Origin: Lepidodermella squamata
Lineage: Eukaryota > Animalia > Gastrotricha
NCBI GenBank assembly: GCA_047495785.1
Contig: JBLDXI010000029.1
Coordinates: 3,859,986 to 3,923,985, forward strand
DNA: 64,000 bases
Reading direction: 5' to 3'
The notes under the pieces are model-generated. The model did no database searches. It had not been told where the DNA came from and saw only the letters and a list, made by a program, of their open reading frames with translations. This document shows, in pieces, positions 34,627-47,233 of the stretch; position 1 is the first letter of the stretch, and each line of letters starts with the position of its first letter. The position numbers and the translations under genes are program-made.

Positions 34627-35646
34627 AGTTCTTGCAACTTGAGCTTCGATATCAATAAGAGCAATAAACATGAGTATTCAAAATCTGAAATTCCTCAATC
34701 CTTTCGACTGCCGACTTAATTTTGCCTTGGGAGAAAAATTCGGATAATACATCAGACAACGAAAAGTGTTTTATGAATAGCCCTCATGCTGTTTTATGTC
34801 ACGTAGCAATTTTATTCACATATTATAGTCGACACGAATTTGTGAAGAATATCTTACATACAAGTTGGAGCGAAAATGAAAAAGCGCCGTGTAGTAAAAT
34901 AAAAATACGCCGTTATGATCCAAATTCGTGGGGGCAAAGTACAGCAGAGTACAAAAAATCACTCATGAACTTCAAAATTAGCATCATTATGTTGAGGATG
35001 AACACGGAACCGATTTTCGAAGTCGGCCGAAGTTCGCTTCATTAATTTCCAAGCCGTTTTTTCTCTGAATCGATGAAAGCAGAATATATCATATGCAGTT
35101 GTCATATTTCAGCACAACTTCGAAAAAACTAACACTTTAAAGAATTTGAAGCATTTCAAAGTCATCGCAGGTTCAAATTTGACCACAGAGATATTGGGTT
35201 TATTTTCGCATTTGATGGCGTGGATCTGATAATGCAGTCATCTTTGGCCGCAAATTGTCCATCGAACGTCATAGCGCAAATTACCTTCAACTAAATAACG
35301 AAAGGATCCACTAGCCAGCATTTTTTCACCCGGCCTGTCAGCAATTTCTGTGTAGAAATTTTCGCGTGTGCGCCTACAAACATGCCACAAACAGAGGTTA
35401 ACGGCGGAGTTTTTCACTAGCCAGCATTTTTCATTAATTTTTGAGCCTTCTGCTGACATGCCTTCTTTAAACGAGTATTGAAGAAAGAGAGAAAGCAGTT
35501 TTTTGTTTCAAATAAAATACAGAGGTGCCGGCCACGGTCGCCAGAATAGGATAATGATTATTTCTTGTTATCTAAAATATTTCTTCTTTCGAATAGCTTC
35601 TTTTTCTTAATAGCAATATTATAGTGAATTATAAAATTCTTCGAAT

Positions 35647-37541
35647 ATGATCCGCTCGAATATTGTACTATCTATTGCCATTTTCACGATCGGCGCAGGT
35701 AAGAAGATTATTAAATGTTTCTCGCAATTACACGATTCAATTAATAGCTGCCCAGTGGCCGAATCCAGCCAGCCTGATATTCGAAGCTCATATGAACGAA
35801 ACTAATGGCTTGACCGACAGTATCTGCAACAAAAAGCCTGTTAGTGTGGGCACAGCGGATTACACTTTACCAGGAAGAATTATACCGGGCAACAGTCCTT
35901 TCGGTGGAAAGAATTCATCCTTCGGTCGGAGATTCAGGGGGGAAGAATTGGCCGTTTATGAATCATTGGATAATATGCTAGGATTCACAGTTTCATTCTA
36001 CGCCAATGTTACATCGAACAGCTCAGCTGGATTGTTCGAACTGGATTATTCAACTGATATATTGACGGCAGCTTGTGTTTCGAACAGCTTGGTCGTCAAG
36101 ATTTTCGACAAGGTAGAGATAAAAACGACATTTACCTTGACGCTCCCTGAAGCCTGCGGCAGTTATTGGCGATTCTACTCGATTTCTTACAACAATTTGA
36201 CGGGCGATGTGACCGCCTATGCAGTTAACAACACCGCCAAGTCGACGAAATCCGTAAGTGGAAGATATAGCAAGAGACTGCCCGTGGATGACTCACCTTA
36301 TCTGACGCTTGGCTACGTCTTGGATCGCGGAACCTATGTCATGTACGACTTTTCGGCTGCGTCTGGAATGTTCTGCTTTTCAGTTTACAACCAAACGTTG
36401 TCTCAGGATGATATCAGCAAATTGCCGAACGCGTGCCTTGTGAAGCCAACTAAACACCAAAATGTCACTTGCCAACCTGCGGATGCTGATTGTAAGCGAA
36501 CTCTCCTCGTCCCGAAAAGGATTTGCATTAAACTTTCAATTTCCCTCAGTTGAACCTGGTGTTTCTTGGCCAGAGGCGGGTCAACTGGTATTGGCACCAT
36601 ACATGAATTCAACGTTGGAACTGCAAGACGCGCTATGCAATGTTAAACCGATCGAGTCCGTGCGTAGTGCTCAATCTGTTACAACATTACCTGAAAAATC
36701 ACCTTATATGGACAAAGCCAATAGCATGGTTGCCGGCTGGTGTTGCATAGCATTTGATAACACCAGGGTGAACAAGACTCTGGCCCGTTACAGTGCCATA
36801 CCTCTCACTACCAACAATTTCACGATCGGAATGTTTGCATCCACGTCGATTAGTTTAAGTGGTGAGAACAGAACGAACAATTTTCGCACTTCTGGCCTAT
36901 TCGAGATTGAGTTTCCAACATCAGCGGTAACAGCCCACTGCGCGATGGAAAATGAACTCCACGTTAAAGTTTACAGCAAAGCGTCAAATGCGGTTGTAGC
37001 CACTTTGAAGGCGCAAAACGTTTGCCGCGGGTGGAAATTCTACGCTGTTACGTTCAGCTCAAACGGCTTGTTGACCCTATACACGTGGCACAAGAATGCT
37101 CAGATAGCTGATTCAGATTGGTCGAAACTGCCGTATGACCCTAACACTTTGTACGAGACATCAACGAGGGTTGATCCTGGTCTCTTCAAAGCTGAAGCCG
37201 TCGATGTAACTGTTGGCGGGGCGCTGGATGGTGAGACGAATACGCGATATGGGTTTTATGAGAACGACAGAATGGCTTGTGTTTCGCTCTACGAACAATC
37301 TCTTGATAAAAGTAAGGTGAAACAGCTAACGGAAGCTTGCCGCTCAGCTCCGCCACCCGCTTCTGCCTCTAAATGCTTCGACCTTACCAAGCCAAGGCGG
37401 CTAGCAACAGATGCACCGAAAAAGCCGGATACAGTGCAACGGCAAGATACATCTCCTAATTCTGACAAGAAGAATGGAGCTACGACAGTGACGATGAGTG
37501 CTCTGGCGGTTGTGTTTGCTATTGGAATCCGCGCATTCTAG
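35647..37541 (+). CDS. Secreted/GPI-anchored protein with two LamG/pentraxin (ConA-like) domains, 3 exons
   Basis: Exon 1 MIRSNIVLSIAIFTIGA|gtaaga. Two homologous repeats (QWP/SWP...FTVSFY/FTIGMF...GLFE...WRFYSISY/WKFYAVTF...CFSVYNQTL/CVSLYEQSL) separated by intron 36492-36549. Tail NGATTVTMSALAVVFAIGIRAF. Confidence 0.75.
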
Positions 37542-38764
37542 CTTGATGGACTGTCGAAAAGTCTCGCTTCATGAAATATCAATTTATTATCGTGTTGCAA
37601 TAATGAAAAGTTGACACTTGTGAAAAAATGGTTCTTATTAGCTCGGGCTCAAATTTCCGAACCAAATTTCAGCTAATGAACCTTCTCCATTCCCTCCATA
37701 ATTTGCTGAGATTTATTGTCTTAAAAGCATATGCTTAGATTTTCTAGCGATATCATTGTTCTCCTGGCTGGATATTCTTCACATCCATGGATGCTTCTTC
37801 GCTAACTCATCTCCTCAAACATATACACTGCACTTCAACTCCATCTTCCATAAGGTTGCGAAACGCTGCTTTGAATTACAGAACTTTAAAAATAATAGCG
37901 TATGAAAGCCCATTGTAATGTGTTTGATCTACTAGTTTTGCATTTTTTCATTCGAAAATGATAGAATATAAAAGTTGTCTTGAGCTTTCATGATTCTATT
38001 GTAACTTTCGTATTCATTTATTCATCAGTTACAGGCTTGCTTCAATTTTTATTTTCAAGGCTTTCTTCTTCTATTCGACCGGAAAAATGCATCATTAGTG
38101 GAATTAGGATTTAACCTTTCAGTAGGTTTTCATCAGTCTACAGTTTCAAGATTGAGCAGCATATCCTGAAGGCTTTAAAAGGCCTATTCAAAGCGGCCGA
38201 GGCCATTCGCGATGAATTTCATTCTGTTTTAAATAAAAGAACTCTCCATCAATCGTTGCATCAGGTCTGCAAATGACAGAGAATTATTAAAAAAAATAAC
38301 AAATGTGACGAGATGGGCGATAATGGAAACAGTTGATGAGTACTGCTTGATCTTTAGCTTCGGCCAAACTGGAAACTTCGTTTCGGTGAAAAAACCAGCA
38401 GAATCCGCGCGATTTTTACCACGTCAGCAGTTCACAGGCGTGATGGACCGCTCACCATACCAGCGTTTGTTATCTGCCTTAAGAGCGCGGCTTAAGAACC
38501 AACTTTAATAGGTTGTTATAGGCGGTGTTTTATAACAGCAACGAAGACGTTTCAAAAACCAGAAAATTTTAACAAGAAAAAGGAAAAAAGGATAACTTTG
38601 CGATAAATAACATTCGGTTAATAATGGCAGACAAAAACGATGTCAAATAAGCATGGAAATAAATTGACAACAATAATCTACGGGCTACGGGCAAAATGAT
38701 CAACCAAATTTAAATCCGTGTCACAATTGATTTGGGGGGATAATCAGCCGAAATGAGCCCAATA

Positions 38765-40969
38765 TTAGTGGGGAATATTAATCACGAAACCAAGAGAAAA
38801 CCTTGAAGAGTATAGCCAAGCGGATTCCGTCGAAACGGCAAAGACTATCAGACCGATGGCAATTGTCATTTGCTGCTTGATTTGATCGCGAAGAGTTATG
38901 GCAATCAAGGTGGTACCCACGAGTAAAGCAACTGAATTGCCCAGATTGAACGTGAGTAATTTGCCCTTCTCAATTTTCCAACGGCGACTTTTCACAACGA
39001 GAAAGCCATAGATTCCAACAGTCAAGAGGAAAATTTGCGAACTCATTAGAATGGAGATCAACGCATTCCAGGAAGCCGAGCTGCAAGAGAACAGGACAAA
39101 TGTCACTAAAACATCTCTGCTATCATCGTAAACAGGCTCTGATGGCGCATTCCAGCATCGAGGAGGGTCAAACTTTAACCAAGCAACAATCATAACTGAG
39201 AAAAGTAGGAAGCAAAATGCTATTGCCAGATGTCTACACTTTTTCATCCTTCGGCTTCGCAGTGCCCTAGCTTCAGATAGCTGCGTCGATATCCATGACA
39301 ACGGAGCTCTCGACCTCCGCTTTATCCTCCTTTTCGGGGCAAGAAAGCTAACAGCTGTGTAACCGTTGATAAGAGACAAGCCAATAAATGGCAGGACAAT
39401 CCTCAAAATTGTAACCCAAAATGGCGAGAAATTAGTTGGATACGAAAATGCAATCGCGGCTGCATAACAGAATAGTAGCCCGATATTAGTTGTGATTCGA
39501 AGACTTCTGCTGATTCCATTCCTGATGCCACCTAGCAAGGTTATCAGTTTTCCCATTGAAGCTATGCAACAAATAGTAATGAAAAACGGAGTTGGAACCT
39601 CTGAAATTTCTGTTATGCTGGGGCTGGTATCTCGCGGAATTCTCCGACCCCACGCCATCCAATCGAAATGTTGCACTCTGACTACTTCGAATCGGTTAGA
39701 CTTCCCCTCGCTGATTTGCTTGATCGTGAATATTGTTCGGAAACCATCTCGTTTGTTCCAGTTGGCTATGGTCAGAATATCGTCAATCAGTCCGAATTCG
39801 TTATAACTGATGGTGCCTATTCTTAGCCCTGTTACTTTTTGTCCCACAAATGATTCATTAGCGATCTTCATGACTTCAGCAGGATACCTAGCGTAGTCAG
39901 CCAGGGTCAAATTAGCCTTCTGAAGTCGGTTCTCCGTCACGTTCAATCCGAGAGTGATCATGAGCGCGCTGTCGTAGCATAAGAACCTTGTCTCGTAGTC
40001 ACCAGATCGTGAGTAGTTTAGGTACCTCTCGTCGAGAATCCTATCCATACTCTCCGCATTGTGACCCAGTACAGACCTGACCGAACTAGATTTGTTTCCC
40101 ATGAGTTGACCGACCCAAAAAACAAGCTGGTATTGAGCAAGCATTATTTCTTTCGTGCATTTACTCCCAATAGATTCCGGGAGATTCTCAACGTCTGTAT
40201 AAGCGAAAATATCAGCCACAATCACATACCGTTCACCTCTAATTCCGTTCGTGTATAAAATGCAGAGAAACTTGAGGAAATTAACACTGAAATCTTCGGA
40301 GAAAATAACCCGGACATCTTTCGCCCGAAGAACCGCAGCCACATCCTCTTCTTCATCAACTGAGGCATGGAGGTTGTAGTAGGCAACAATAAGATTGTTT
40401 TTGATGGCATTTTGATACACTGCTTCACAGACTAAAACTGAATATTTGTCATTTATCGCTCCGAATATAGCGATTTTTCGCCAATGTCCAATTTCTTTCA
40501 TCAATTGAATGGTGGATACAGCGACACTTGCCGAGGATGAATATCCTAGGTAGAGATTCGGATACCTGCCTCGATTTTCGAGTTCTTGCAAGTTGCAAGT
40601 CCCGAGGCCGACCATATTAAGGTGGTGATAAAGTCTGCCACTGTATATGCATCCAGCTGAGGAACATCCCGCAAAGTTTATCGGCGAGATCAACGCACCT
40701 TCCTCGGAACTTCGGGTAAAGTTGATGAGTGCTGAGGGTTGCAGATAGCCTAGCTTTTCGTCTCCGAAAATCGCGGATATGTGATAGCCGGGGATGATAT
40801 TTTGACTGTTTGCGGTGTCGTAGACCAGCTGCATCGCGGCCGTACAAGCTTCGCCCCAGTCAGGGGTTAGAGTTGCGTAAGGTATCAAGCTCAACACTTG
40901 AATTTCTTGCACGGAGTGAGCTACTGAACATCGCATTAGAAACCAGAAAATGCCACTTATAAAAAGCAT
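38765..40969 (-). CDS. Class C GPCR, GABA-B-like, intronless
   Basis: Single ORF; likely start at MLFISGIFW (signal peptide); IIPGYHI, RGRYPNLY, HWRKIAIF and GIRGERYV motifs; seven hydrophobic segments. Confidence 0.85.
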   Translation of the reverse strand: MLFISGIFWFLMRCSVAHSVQEIQVLSLIPYATLTPDWGEACTAAMQLVYDTANSQNIIPGYHISAIFGDEKLGYLQPSALINFTRSSEEGALISPINFAGCSSAGCIYSGRLYHHLNMVGLGTCNLQELENRGRYPNLYLGYSSSASVAVSTIQLMKEIGHWRKIAIFGAINDKYSVLVCEAVYQNAIKNNLIVAYYNLHASVDEEEDVAAVLRAKDVRVIFSEDFSVNFLKFLCILYTNGIRGERYVIVADIFAYTDVENLPESIGSKCTKEIMLAQYQLVFWVGQLMGNKSSSVRSVLGHNAESMDRILDERYLNYSRSGDYETRFLCYDSALMITLGLNVTENRLQKANLTLADYARYPAEVMKIANESFVGQKVTGLRIGTISYNEFGLIDDILTIANWNKRDGFRTIFTIKQISEGKSNRFEVVRVQHFDWMAWGRRIPRDTSPSITEISEVPTPFFITICCIASMGKLITLLGGIRNGISRSLRITTNIGLLFCYAAAIAFSYPTNFSPFWVTILRIVLPFIGLSLINGYTAVSFLAPKRRIKRRSRAPLSWISTQLSEARALRSRRMKKCRHLAIAFCFLLFSVMIVAWLKFDPPRCWNAPSEPVYDDSRDVLVTFVLFSCSSASWNALISILMSSQIFLLTVGIYGFLVVKSRRWKIEKGKLLTFNLGNSVALLVGTTLIAITLRDQIKQQMTIAIGLIVFAVSTESAWLYSSRFSLGFVINIPH

Positions 40970-41474
40970 GTCAGGTATGTTTAGAAACAAGCAGATACAT
41001 TTGGCTTGAGTCGAAGTGATCCTGTTGAAATATTTTGGTGTTTTCAGCAACGATTCTGTCGAAAGTCCTTTTCTGAAAGTCTCAGGTTACATATTTACGT
41101 CAACCGTTAAAAGTCCTTTGGAAATCGTGCCAAACAGCTGTTTCGTTGACTTCATGACGTCATAGGTCTATGTAGCTCTCTTGCTTATTCTGGAAATAAT
41201 GACGCACGCACCTTCTGATAAATTTAGATGTGGATGTTTTTGACACAGAATATTGTGACACGCAACGGCTTTTAAACTGAATATGAGACCACATCAGTTT
41301 ATCATAACATTTATTCACCACTGCACCATTGGGTAAATTGCGATTTCGTAAACATCACTCTGAAATTCATTCGATTGCTGAAGGCCGGTAAAACGTGGGC
41401 GCTGATGGCGCCTGATAACTGATAATTCTAAAATCAAACGTCTTCCCTCTTTGGAGTCAACTCGTAACATCGAA

Positions 41475-41556
41475 GCTGCTATGCCCGAGTGGTTAAGGGG
41501 TCTGACTTGAAATCAGATGCGGTCTCCGCGCGTAGGTTCAAATCCTACTGGCAGCG
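41475..41556 (+). tRNA. tRNA-Ser(UGA)
   Basis: 82-nt cloverleaf: acceptor GCTGCTA/TGGCAGC, anticodon stem TCTGA/TCAGA with loop CTTGAAA, long variable arm, GTTCAAATC T loop, downstream oligo-T terminator. Confidence 0.95.
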
Positions 41557-41599
41557 ATTTTTTCTTCAAGATCTTATATTTATCAGTTTTATTAATTTC

Positions 41600-42594
41600 T
41601 CACATCCCAGTTGAAACATGTTTCGAAGTGAGTCTTTCACTTATGTCCCACAATTTTGCTGCTTTATCATCATCCTGGCCAATCCACCATAATGCAGTAA
41701 CCGCCTTTTTCCTGAATTCGAAACAGCCATTTTTATAATTCAATTAAAGCCTATAAATAGAACTCACGTGAAATATTGACCGGAATACTGCTCCAATCCA
41801 GGCTGCGTTGCGCAATACATTGTTGTAGCTATTCCCTCTTGAACCGTTGATATTAGGAACCATTTGATCGGTTTCCCAATTATCCTCAACCACAAAGGCT
41901 TTTCCTTTCGAAAACCATCACCAGCATTCGTCAGTATCATGCCAGGGTGAACGCTGTAAACTGTCACCCCAGAATGTGGTTGCCCGGGGGTTAAATTCAA
42001 CCTTCTATCCAACTCGCGGCCGAATAAAATGTTCGCTAATTTTGACTGAGCGTAGGCCATAAAACCACTGTAAGGTCGGTTCTCCCAGTTAGGATCGTCA
42101 ATATTAAAACCCCATGGCAACGTCATTTGATACGAATAAGACGACAAAATCACCACTCGACTTGGGGCTGATTTCTTTAGTAGGTCCATCAGTAAATTTG
42201 TTAGGAGGAAATGACCCAGGTGATTCGTTCCGAATGCGATCTCGAAGCCATCTTTAGTGACGGCCCTCTCTGACCCTCGCGTAACTACGCCAGCATTGTT
42301 GATCAGAACATGAAGTTGCTCCTCGGTCTCGTTTATGAGTACCGCGAATTTTCGAACTGATTCCAGTGAGGCGAGGTCCAGTTGGCGAACAGCCAGCTTT
42401 TCTTCGGGAATCCCAGCTGCCTCGCGAATGTACTTCACAGCTTCTTCGCCTGCTTCAAGTCTTCTACAGGCTAGAATTACTCGAGAAGCGCCGGATTTTA
42501 CGAGTTCCAGGGCGGTTTCGCGCCCGAGACCAGTATTAGCACCGGTTACGAGGCAAACTTTGCCTACGATCGACCATTCAATAGGTTCATCCAT
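41600..42594 (-). CDS. Short-chain dehydrogenase/reductase, retinol dehydrogenase 11-14-like
   Basis: TGANTGLG, LINNAG, TNHLGHF, YAQSK and VHPG motifs; phase-2 intron after YFT, then a last exon ...AAKLWDISERLT...*. Confidence 0.92.
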
Positions 42595-42767
42595 TGTTTC
42601 AAATCGACCTAAAGAAAATGCTATTAGGAACAAAAATTATCTGTTATTAGTAAAGAGTTTATCTATTACGACTCTTATCTCTGTCCATTGTGAGAGGTGC
42701 CAGATTGTGCTAACAGAACGCTTCACTCTTCAGTAATATCGGTCAAACAGTTATAATTTCTTTGTAA

Positions 42768-44007
42768 ATGGACGAATCTTGGGATATCAAAGGCAAGGTC
42801 TGCCTGATCACTGGTGCTAATGGCGCTATAGGCCGAGAAACAGCAGTCTCATTGGCTAAATTAGGAGCTAAGCGCCTGATTTTCGCTTGCCGTAGCCTCG
42901 AAGCAGCAAATGAAACCATCAATTACGTTTGCGAGAAGGCTGGAATCCCGTCATCTGAAATAGGATCGAAATTCGCTGTTTACCAGGTGGAACTCGCCTC
43001 GCTGAGCAGTGTTAAAGAATGTTGTAAGCAAATCATCGAAAATGAGGCTGAACTTCACCTGCTCATCAACAACGCCGGAATCATGGCTGCTGGTAACAAA
43101 GTTGTATCTCAGGATGGATACGAAGCAACATTCGCCATAAATCACCTCGGTCATTTTCTCTTGACAACAAGCCTTTTGGATTTACTGAAAAGGTTAGCTC
43201 TATTAATTATTGGGGAAATTTTGATAATTTTTGAGGGTTTTGTTAGGTCAGCTCCAGCAAGAATTGTTCAAGTCGCTTCTTTAGCCTACAAGTTCTGCTA
43301 TCCCTCAGGATTCCCAATCGCAGATCCAAATTTCAAGCATAGATCCTACTCGTCTCTACCAGCTTACAATCAGTCGAAACTAGCTAATGTACTATTCATT
43401 CACGAGCTAAACAAGCGGCTAAAGGCAGAAGGCTGTAGCAATGTGACAGCGTACAGCCTCCACCCAGGCCACGTTCGAAGTAATTTGATCAACAAGAGCA
43501 ACAAAACGCTGTTCTACCTGTCGAAGCCAGTTCGCGCTATTTTCTATACAACCCCGGAGAATGGGGCGAAAACAGTTGTACACGTAGCAACAAAGTCTGG
43601 AATTGAGCAGCATTCTGGAAAATATTTTGACAAGCAAGTTTTTCAATTTTAAGGGCATGGCTAGTGGGCAATCTGAAGTTTGAAGTTCTAGCCCTAGATT
43701 CCCCTGAGCTATAATTTTTCGAGTTTCGTCTTGGTTGCCTTTTCCAGAATCCCAAGGTGCATAAATCATCAAAAGGCTAAAATCACAATAAATCAGAAAA
43801 TTGTGTGCGAGGACACGTAATTCTAGAGCTAGAGCTTCCATTTTAATGGGAAAATAATTAGACCCAATCTTTTATAATTTCAGTGGCAATCGTGATGTCG
43901 AGGAGTTGTGGAATATCGGCAAGGACGACGTCAAATCCAGTCAGCTGTGGCAACTTAGCGAGGATCTGATTTCAGCAGCTTTCAACGTCGCCTCATTAAC
44001 CAAATAG
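42768..44007 (+). CDS. Short-chain dehydrogenase/reductase, retinol dehydrogenase 11-14-like (divergent paralog)
   Basis: TGANGAIG, INNAG, NHLGHF and YNQSK motifs; short in-frame intron near 43192-43248; GC-AG intron 43634-43883; last exon ...SSQLWQLSEDLI...*. Confidence 0.9.
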
Positions 44008-44126
44008 AAATGTAAAATGTGACACCGCACTTGAAATAAAATTGAACATCACACTTTATTTTTCTATTAAATATAATAAATTATACCCAATTTTTAGGCT
44101 TGCGAAAATTTATGTTAAGCAACACG

Positions 44127-47100
44127 TTATTCAAATGTCAACAATTCGTTGTATTTACTAGCCAGAGCTAATACGTGGCCACTAGTTGCATTCCGAAGTG
44201 CTAGAGCAAATGACCACAGCTCCCAGCCAGTTTCCGCCGATACCCAAACGGGCGGCATTAAGGTCCACAGCCGAGCATCGCCTTTCATTTCAAAAATCTG
44301 AAGCCGGAAATTTCGATCGTCCGCTACAATCAGCCGTCCTGCTGGGTCGAACTGAATCTCACGCGGGCTGTAGACTGATCCGGCCATACTTATAGCAGCC
44401 CGGTTCCACTTCGCAACAGTAGTTATGTACCGGAAGCCTTCCTTCAGCGAACTGACATGCCTGTGGTACAGCGATACCTCCTGCGAATTCTCGGCCCGTC
44501 GGACGAAAGACGCGAAATCTGTTGCGTAGAGATCGACAGAATGCGTTAGACTGCTGCTTATCGCAAGGAGCATAACGCGAATATCATCGTCATCATTATC
44601 GTCGTGACCCTCCAAGGTATTAGCTTCATACATGTTGTAAAGCTGGGCTGTTGTCGCGAAATGGAAGGCAACGTAACTAGGTCTCTGGGTCAATTTAATC
44701 GAAGCGAGTAGTTTCGCCCTTTCGTTTTGCGGCGGCAAGTACCATACAGAAATATCGCCAGTTTTTGACAGGCCATCACAAGCGTAGAGAAGCCTTCGTT
44801 GCGAATCGATAGCAAGAGACGTGAAATACCGATCTCCGTTTGACAAAACGAGAAAATCGAGAGGAACTCCGTCGTAGTTCCAGTCCTTTTGTAAATCGGC
44901 CAGGCTGGCCCGATAGATACCAGCTGGGTGAGTTGATAACGTAAAAAACAGGTCGCCGGATGGTTTATCGAGTACAGCATGGTTGACCCCGACCATTGTT
45001 TCATTCTCACTGTTACTTTCCATGTATTCGTGGAGAAGCTCATCGGGCAGAAAAATTGAACTTTCCCACTGAACCTGGGACCAGTCAGCTTTATGAAGCT
45101 CCTGAAGGAAATTTCGAGACTTTAAGGTGGCATTTTTGAAATTGTTTTACTTACGATAACTTCTCCATGATAACAGACCACCACAATGGATTGCGTTTCC
45201 TCTGAATGGCCTGGATTTTCGATTTTAATAATGGCTTGGACATCAGATGGCAATGAAATCAGTGTTCGGGAGAATCGCTTTTTCCAGTGCGTGTAATACG
45301 GCGCCTTGAAGAAAGGATTGACTTTTGGAGCTTCCTCTGGGATCGGAATCCTTATTGGCTCTGATAACACGGTTTTCTCTGCGACTTCAACATTAATTGG
45401 CGATGTCGCTGTTGAAGTTTCGGTTGACGTAATAGTCGACGTTTGAGTGGTTGTAGTAGATTCAGTTGTAGTTTCAGTTGTAGTTTCAGCAGTAATTGAA
45501 CTAGGTTCCTGTGTCGTCGGCTTTGCTGTCGCAACTCGGACTAATCTCGAGATACATGAACCAATCGGAGGTTGCCATGAGTCTTTTTCCACGCAACTGC
45601 TGATATTAGCCGGGCCTTGTACTATGTAACCGATAGAACAGTGTAGAGTCACGTTTGAATACAAGGGAACAGCATTGTAAGGGGCGACTGTTATACCATC
45701 CATCATGAAAAACGCATTTTTAACATAGGGTATGATGCACTAGGAATTAGAAGGATGTAGATTCAGTAATTGAGGAGCTTTCTAGCTTACTTCTTTCCGG
45801 TTTTGGGTGCTTGAAGTCATATTCCCGCCTCCAGGAGCTAAACACGCGCCAGGGTAAGACCAGGCTCCATTATCGTTGCAAATAATCGAGTTAGGGTCAT
45901 GCGATTGCAGCTTGAAGCCCGGGTTGCACCTCAAGTCACGGATGGCTCCTATTTCGAAGGTTCCATTTGTGAAAAATCCATTCTCGACAATTGGAACTGG
46001 CCCGCAAGATGTTGGCTTTTCAGGAATCTTTGTCGTCCGTGTCATGTAAGCTGAGGCCATCAAAATCGAAGAACCTGTGTTGGTGATGGATTTTACCCAC
46101 GGTAAAACAGAGCAAATCCTGAATAATTCATGGATTACTTGTGAAATGAAGTCTTTCGGGAAATTACCTGCTGTAAATCCTAGGGACGCCTTGATAAGTT
46201 TTGCAAGCTGTTGAGTTTCGAATCGAGAGAACGCCGATTTGGTACCAAGAATCTTTGACATGGCACATAAGAGGGTCACCAGGTTCACCGATGAGGCAAG
46301 ACCTGTATCCTTCATCATCACCCCCAGCACACATTCGAGTCTTCGCGAAATATGCTGACTTTGAAACTCTCGAACAGATCGCATAAGGCTGGAGGGGTAG
46401 GGCGGCTTTCTTCAAAACACTCAGTTTTTGGTCTAAAATTTTTAGATTTAGATTTTAGATTTTTAGATAGATTTGCTATCATTGCGAAAATAGGAAATTA
46501 AGTCTTACCTCTGCTTATCGGGTTCCAACTCGCTGTAACAGCAACCTGGCAGTTATCAACGGTCGTACTGCCCTCGGAGTAGCTAGCAGGAGCTTGGCAT
46601 AGTTCGTCGGGTAGCTTGATAGGCCGAGTTTGTGGTGTAAGTCTAATGGCCATGTTCAGTTTCAGCAAGGCGAAATCGTAATTTTGAGGCAGTCCATTCT
46701 CGTCCGTTACGTAATCAGGATGCGGAACAACCAGTTCAGCAAAGGTCCGAACTTCACGGGGCTCGTTATTAAGCGCCATGTTATATTTACCCAAGCTCGC
46801 TATTACCCTAAAAATGGTTTAATAAAATTCAAAAAAATATCGAAAAATTTGAATTTAACTCACACTTTCGATTTATGACCGTTTGTAGTCACGCAACTTG
46901 CGGAGGTTAGCAACCAACTTGGTGTTATAAGGGTCGCCCCGCAAGTCTTCCGTGGTTTCCCATCAAAAAATGCCTCAAGACTGGCCTAATGAAAAAAAAA
47001 TTGCAAAATGTCTCAGCTTCGGGTGAGAGTCTCACCATCCATGGGAACTCATGCGGAGACGTGAGAATGTTTTTGTCCTCTTCCTGGAAATCTTCCTCGG

Positions 47101-47233
47101 CTTCATCGCTGTACTCCAAAGGTTGATGTTCTTCTTCGAGCTCGGCTTCTTGTTCATGATCTATTTCAATGTCAATCGCTAATAATCGATTAGCGATAGT
47201 TAGGAAGATCAAACAATGAGTTATAGTAAGCAT
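44127..47233 (-). CDS. Secreted mosaic protein: inactive trypsin-like domain + 2 CCP/Sushi + Thr-rich stalk + NHL-like beta-propeller
   Basis: Signal peptide; EFPWM|ASL..CGATLITPSWLLTSASC, YDFALLKL, CLIGEPGDPLMC; CCP patterns CGPVP..CNPGF..C..W..C and CSIGY..C..W..C; SPREIQFDPAGRLIVAD. The splice ATC|gtaagt...ttcag|GAG links the stalk exon in frame to ORF 44127-45023. Confidence 0.85.

Noticed and set aside
40970-41050. N-terminal extension of the 761-aa GPCR ORF
   Set aside because: Starts at a non-ATG codon; the ATG at 40969 directly precedes a signal peptide.
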